The notes under the pieces: generated by a model
Seen by the model: only the letters and a program-made list of their open reading frames with translations
Told to the model about the DNA's origin: nothing
The model's database searches: none
Translations under genes and position numbers: made by a program
Shown: positions 25,482-26,718 of the stretch, piece after piece
Layout of the letters: each line of letters starts with the position of its first letter
Numbering within the stretch: the stretch's first letter is position 1
Virus record (IMG/VR): IMGVR_UViG_3300011338_000520
Span: 1 to 26,718 of that record
DNA length: 26,718 nt
DNA from: a virus
Lineage: Duplodnaviria; Caudoviricetes
Strand: one strand, 5' to 3'

Positions 25482-25780
25482 TATTCCTCCATCATTCTTT
25501 TCTTACGAGCTTTCTTCATAGATGGAGACATCAACATATCAGTCATACCTGAGTCAATAGCTTCACCTTTTTTCATGCGTACTCGCTCTTCAACGCGTGG
25601 ATCTGGTTTTTCAGATTCGATATCCATTCCATCTTCAAACTCAATTTCAGGAACGGATCCTGCGTATTTGATTTGAATCTTTCCAGAGTCGTTGTGTCCT
25701 TGGTTGACAAACTTAGCTTGTGTGAAGTGACCTAGGTGTTTATACAAAGGTCCCGATAGGTTTGGTTTCTTGCAGCTCAT
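25481..25780 (-). CDS. Hypothetical protein with a basic C-terminus
   Basis: 99 aa; translationally coupled at both ends. Confidence 0.7.
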   Translation of the reverse strand: MSCKKPNLSGPLYKHLGHFTQAKFVNQGHNDSGKIQIKYAGSVPEIEFEDGMDIESEKPDPRVEERVRMKKGEAIDSGMTDMLMSPSMKKARKKRMMEE

Positions 25781-25947
25781 TTTGTCTTCCCCTTTTGTTT
25801 AACGTAGGTACCGTTTTCTTTCTCTTGGATACGTTTTAAGTCTCTTCGAGCAGTCTTTAGATCAACAGGACCGTAACTCTTTCGTTCGGTTTTATTATCG
25901 GTGGTTTTGGCTTTCTGGTCAAAAACCTCCATGCCTTTAATCTTCAT
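25777..25947 (-). CDS. 56-aa basic hypothetical protein (not in the ORF track)
   Basis: MKIKGMEVFDQKAKTTDNKTERKSYGPVDLKTARRDLKRIQEKENGTYVKQKGKTK; GGAGG RBS; ATGA overlaps with both neighbours. Confidence 0.75.
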   Translation of the reverse strand: MKIKGMEVFDQKAKTTDNKTERKSYGPVDLKTARRDLKRIQEKENGTYVKQKGKTK

Positions 25948-26588
25948 AACCCCTCCAGAGGATCTTCTTCTTTCGAGGTGACCTCTTCAAACTCAGCCTC
26001 GAAGGGAAGTTCTTCTTTTGCTTCTGATTTGTTCTTATTGATGATGTCAAATACCTGGGAAACGAGAGTGGTCTTATTCTCGATTGTTTCTTTTGGTTTT
26101 CCTAAGGCGCGGTCCATGAAGTGTTTAGCAGCGTCCAATCTGGTAGCGCCCTTTTCTTCTTCGTCACTCATGAGCTTGTAGGTGGTCATGATTGCTTCGG
26201 GAAGAATCTTCTGGAAGACCTTTGTGATATCGGAGTCTATAAGGCTCTTATTTACCCGATTAAGCTCGGCTTGCACGGATCTTGAGCTCAATATCAAATG
26301 AACTTGCTTTGGTTTAATTTGGAGTTCTTTAGCGATCACTCGTTCTGGGAATCCGAGAGATGCATAATAGATGACCATTCTAGTTACTTGATCGCCTTGC
26401 TCTTCCATTGGGAGATTTGGGATTTCTGAAACGGCGGCTCTTAGCTTTGCAACGGTCTTCTTTCTTCTATCACCGATCTCTTGCATGTTTGAGACGACTT
26501 CTCCCTCGGAAAGTAGTTGATGCTTTCGGTGCGTACTATCTCGAAGTTTTCGCTTTACTTTCGGTTTAGGGTTTTCTTCCACTATCAT
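25944..26588 (-). CDS. Putative terminase small subunit (HTH plus oligomerisation helices); start uncertain
   Basis: HTH-like 'SLGFPERVIAKELQIKPKQVHLIL'; 'EAIMTTYKLM.....TRLDAAKHFMDRALGKP' motif typical of TerS-like proteins; acidic tail; first gene after the promoter. Confidence 0.65.
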   Translation of the reverse strand: MIVEENPKPKVKRKLRDSTHRKHQLLSEGEVVSNMQEIGDRRKKTVAKLRAAVSEIPNLPMEEQGDQVTRMVIYYASLGFPERVIAKELQIKPKQVHLILSSRSVQAELNRVNKSLIDSDITKVFQKILPEAIMTTYKLMSDEEEKGATRLDAAKHFMDRALGKPKETIENKTTLVSQVFDIINKNKSEAKEELPFEAEFEEVTSKEEDPLEGL

Positions 26589-26591
26589 TCC

Positions 26592-26620
26592 ACTATATGT
26601 GGTAGGCGACTGACGGTCAA
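26592..26620 (-). promoter_or_regulatory. Sigma70-type promoter of the late operon: TTGACC-N17-TATAGT
   Basis: -35 at 26615-26620 and -10 at 26592-26597, exact 17-nt spacer, 5/6 match in each box; a second TTGACC directly upstream (26622-26627). Confidence 0.7.
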
Positions 26621-26636
26621 AGGTCAATAAGAGGTG

Positions 26637-26688
26637 TGACTGGGAGATGGTTCTACCATCCTTGGCGTCCGCCGAAGTCCCCCAGTCA
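26637..26688 (-). other. Compact three-way-junction inverted-repeat structure upstream of the promoter
   Basis: Outer stem TGACTGGGG/TCCCAGTCA encloses hairpins CTT(C)GGC-GGAC-GCCAAG and GATGGT-AGA-ACCATC. Confidence 0.5.
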
Positions 26689-26718
26689 GGCCGTCTAAGG
26701 AGAGTCAAACAGCCATAA

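Noticed and set aside
1673-26181. Numerous plus-strand and alternate-frame ORFs (e.g. 17009-17614, 13829-14290, 1673-2068)
   Set aside because: Shadow ORFs antisense to, or nested in, well-supported genes, with no motifs
26589-26708. N-terminal 40 aa of the 254-aa track ORF (TTG start)
   Set aside because: It spans the promoter and the structured element, and has no RBS
1-26718. Stop-codon reassignment (TAG or TGA recoding), prompted by the in-frame stop-NNN-start junctions at 8421, 6402 and 5628
   Set aside because: All core genes are full length under code 11, coding density is near complete, and TGA/TAG end genes at coupled junctions with their own RBS
1-26718. CRISPR array, tRNA, DGR template/variable repeats, integrase or att site
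   Set aside because: No regularly spaced repeats, cloverleafs, adenine-variant repeat pairs, reverse transcriptase or recombinase were seen; lifestyle and host cannot be assigned from this window

Overview
A 26.7-kb fragment of a tailed dsDNA phage (podovirus-like Caudoviricetes) genome, probably from a Gram-negative host given the lipoprotein and spanin-like genes. Almost the whole window (1321-26588) is one densely packed, minus-strand late operon behind a sigma70-type promoter. Gene order: terminase small subunit-like gene, three small genes, two large fibre/adhesin-like proteins that unexpectedly carry cleavable Sec signal peptides, a 50-aa lipoprotein, a lysis cassette (holin-like, spanin-like pair, T7 gp3.5-type amidase), a 30-aa histone-H1-like peptide, TerL, portal, scaffold, N4-gp56-type major capsid protein, an HNH homing endonuclease, small virion proteins, adaptor, nozzle, a PD-(D/E)xK homing endonuclease, a LamG-type tail fibre that appears to start at ATT, and three ejection proteins. 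A few plus-strand hypothetical genes converge on it at the left edge. The best candidate for an undescribed system is the module between terS and the lysis genes: exported, probably disulfide-bonded phage fibre proteins plus a small lipoprotein. All functional calls come from motif recognition and synteny; no searches were run.
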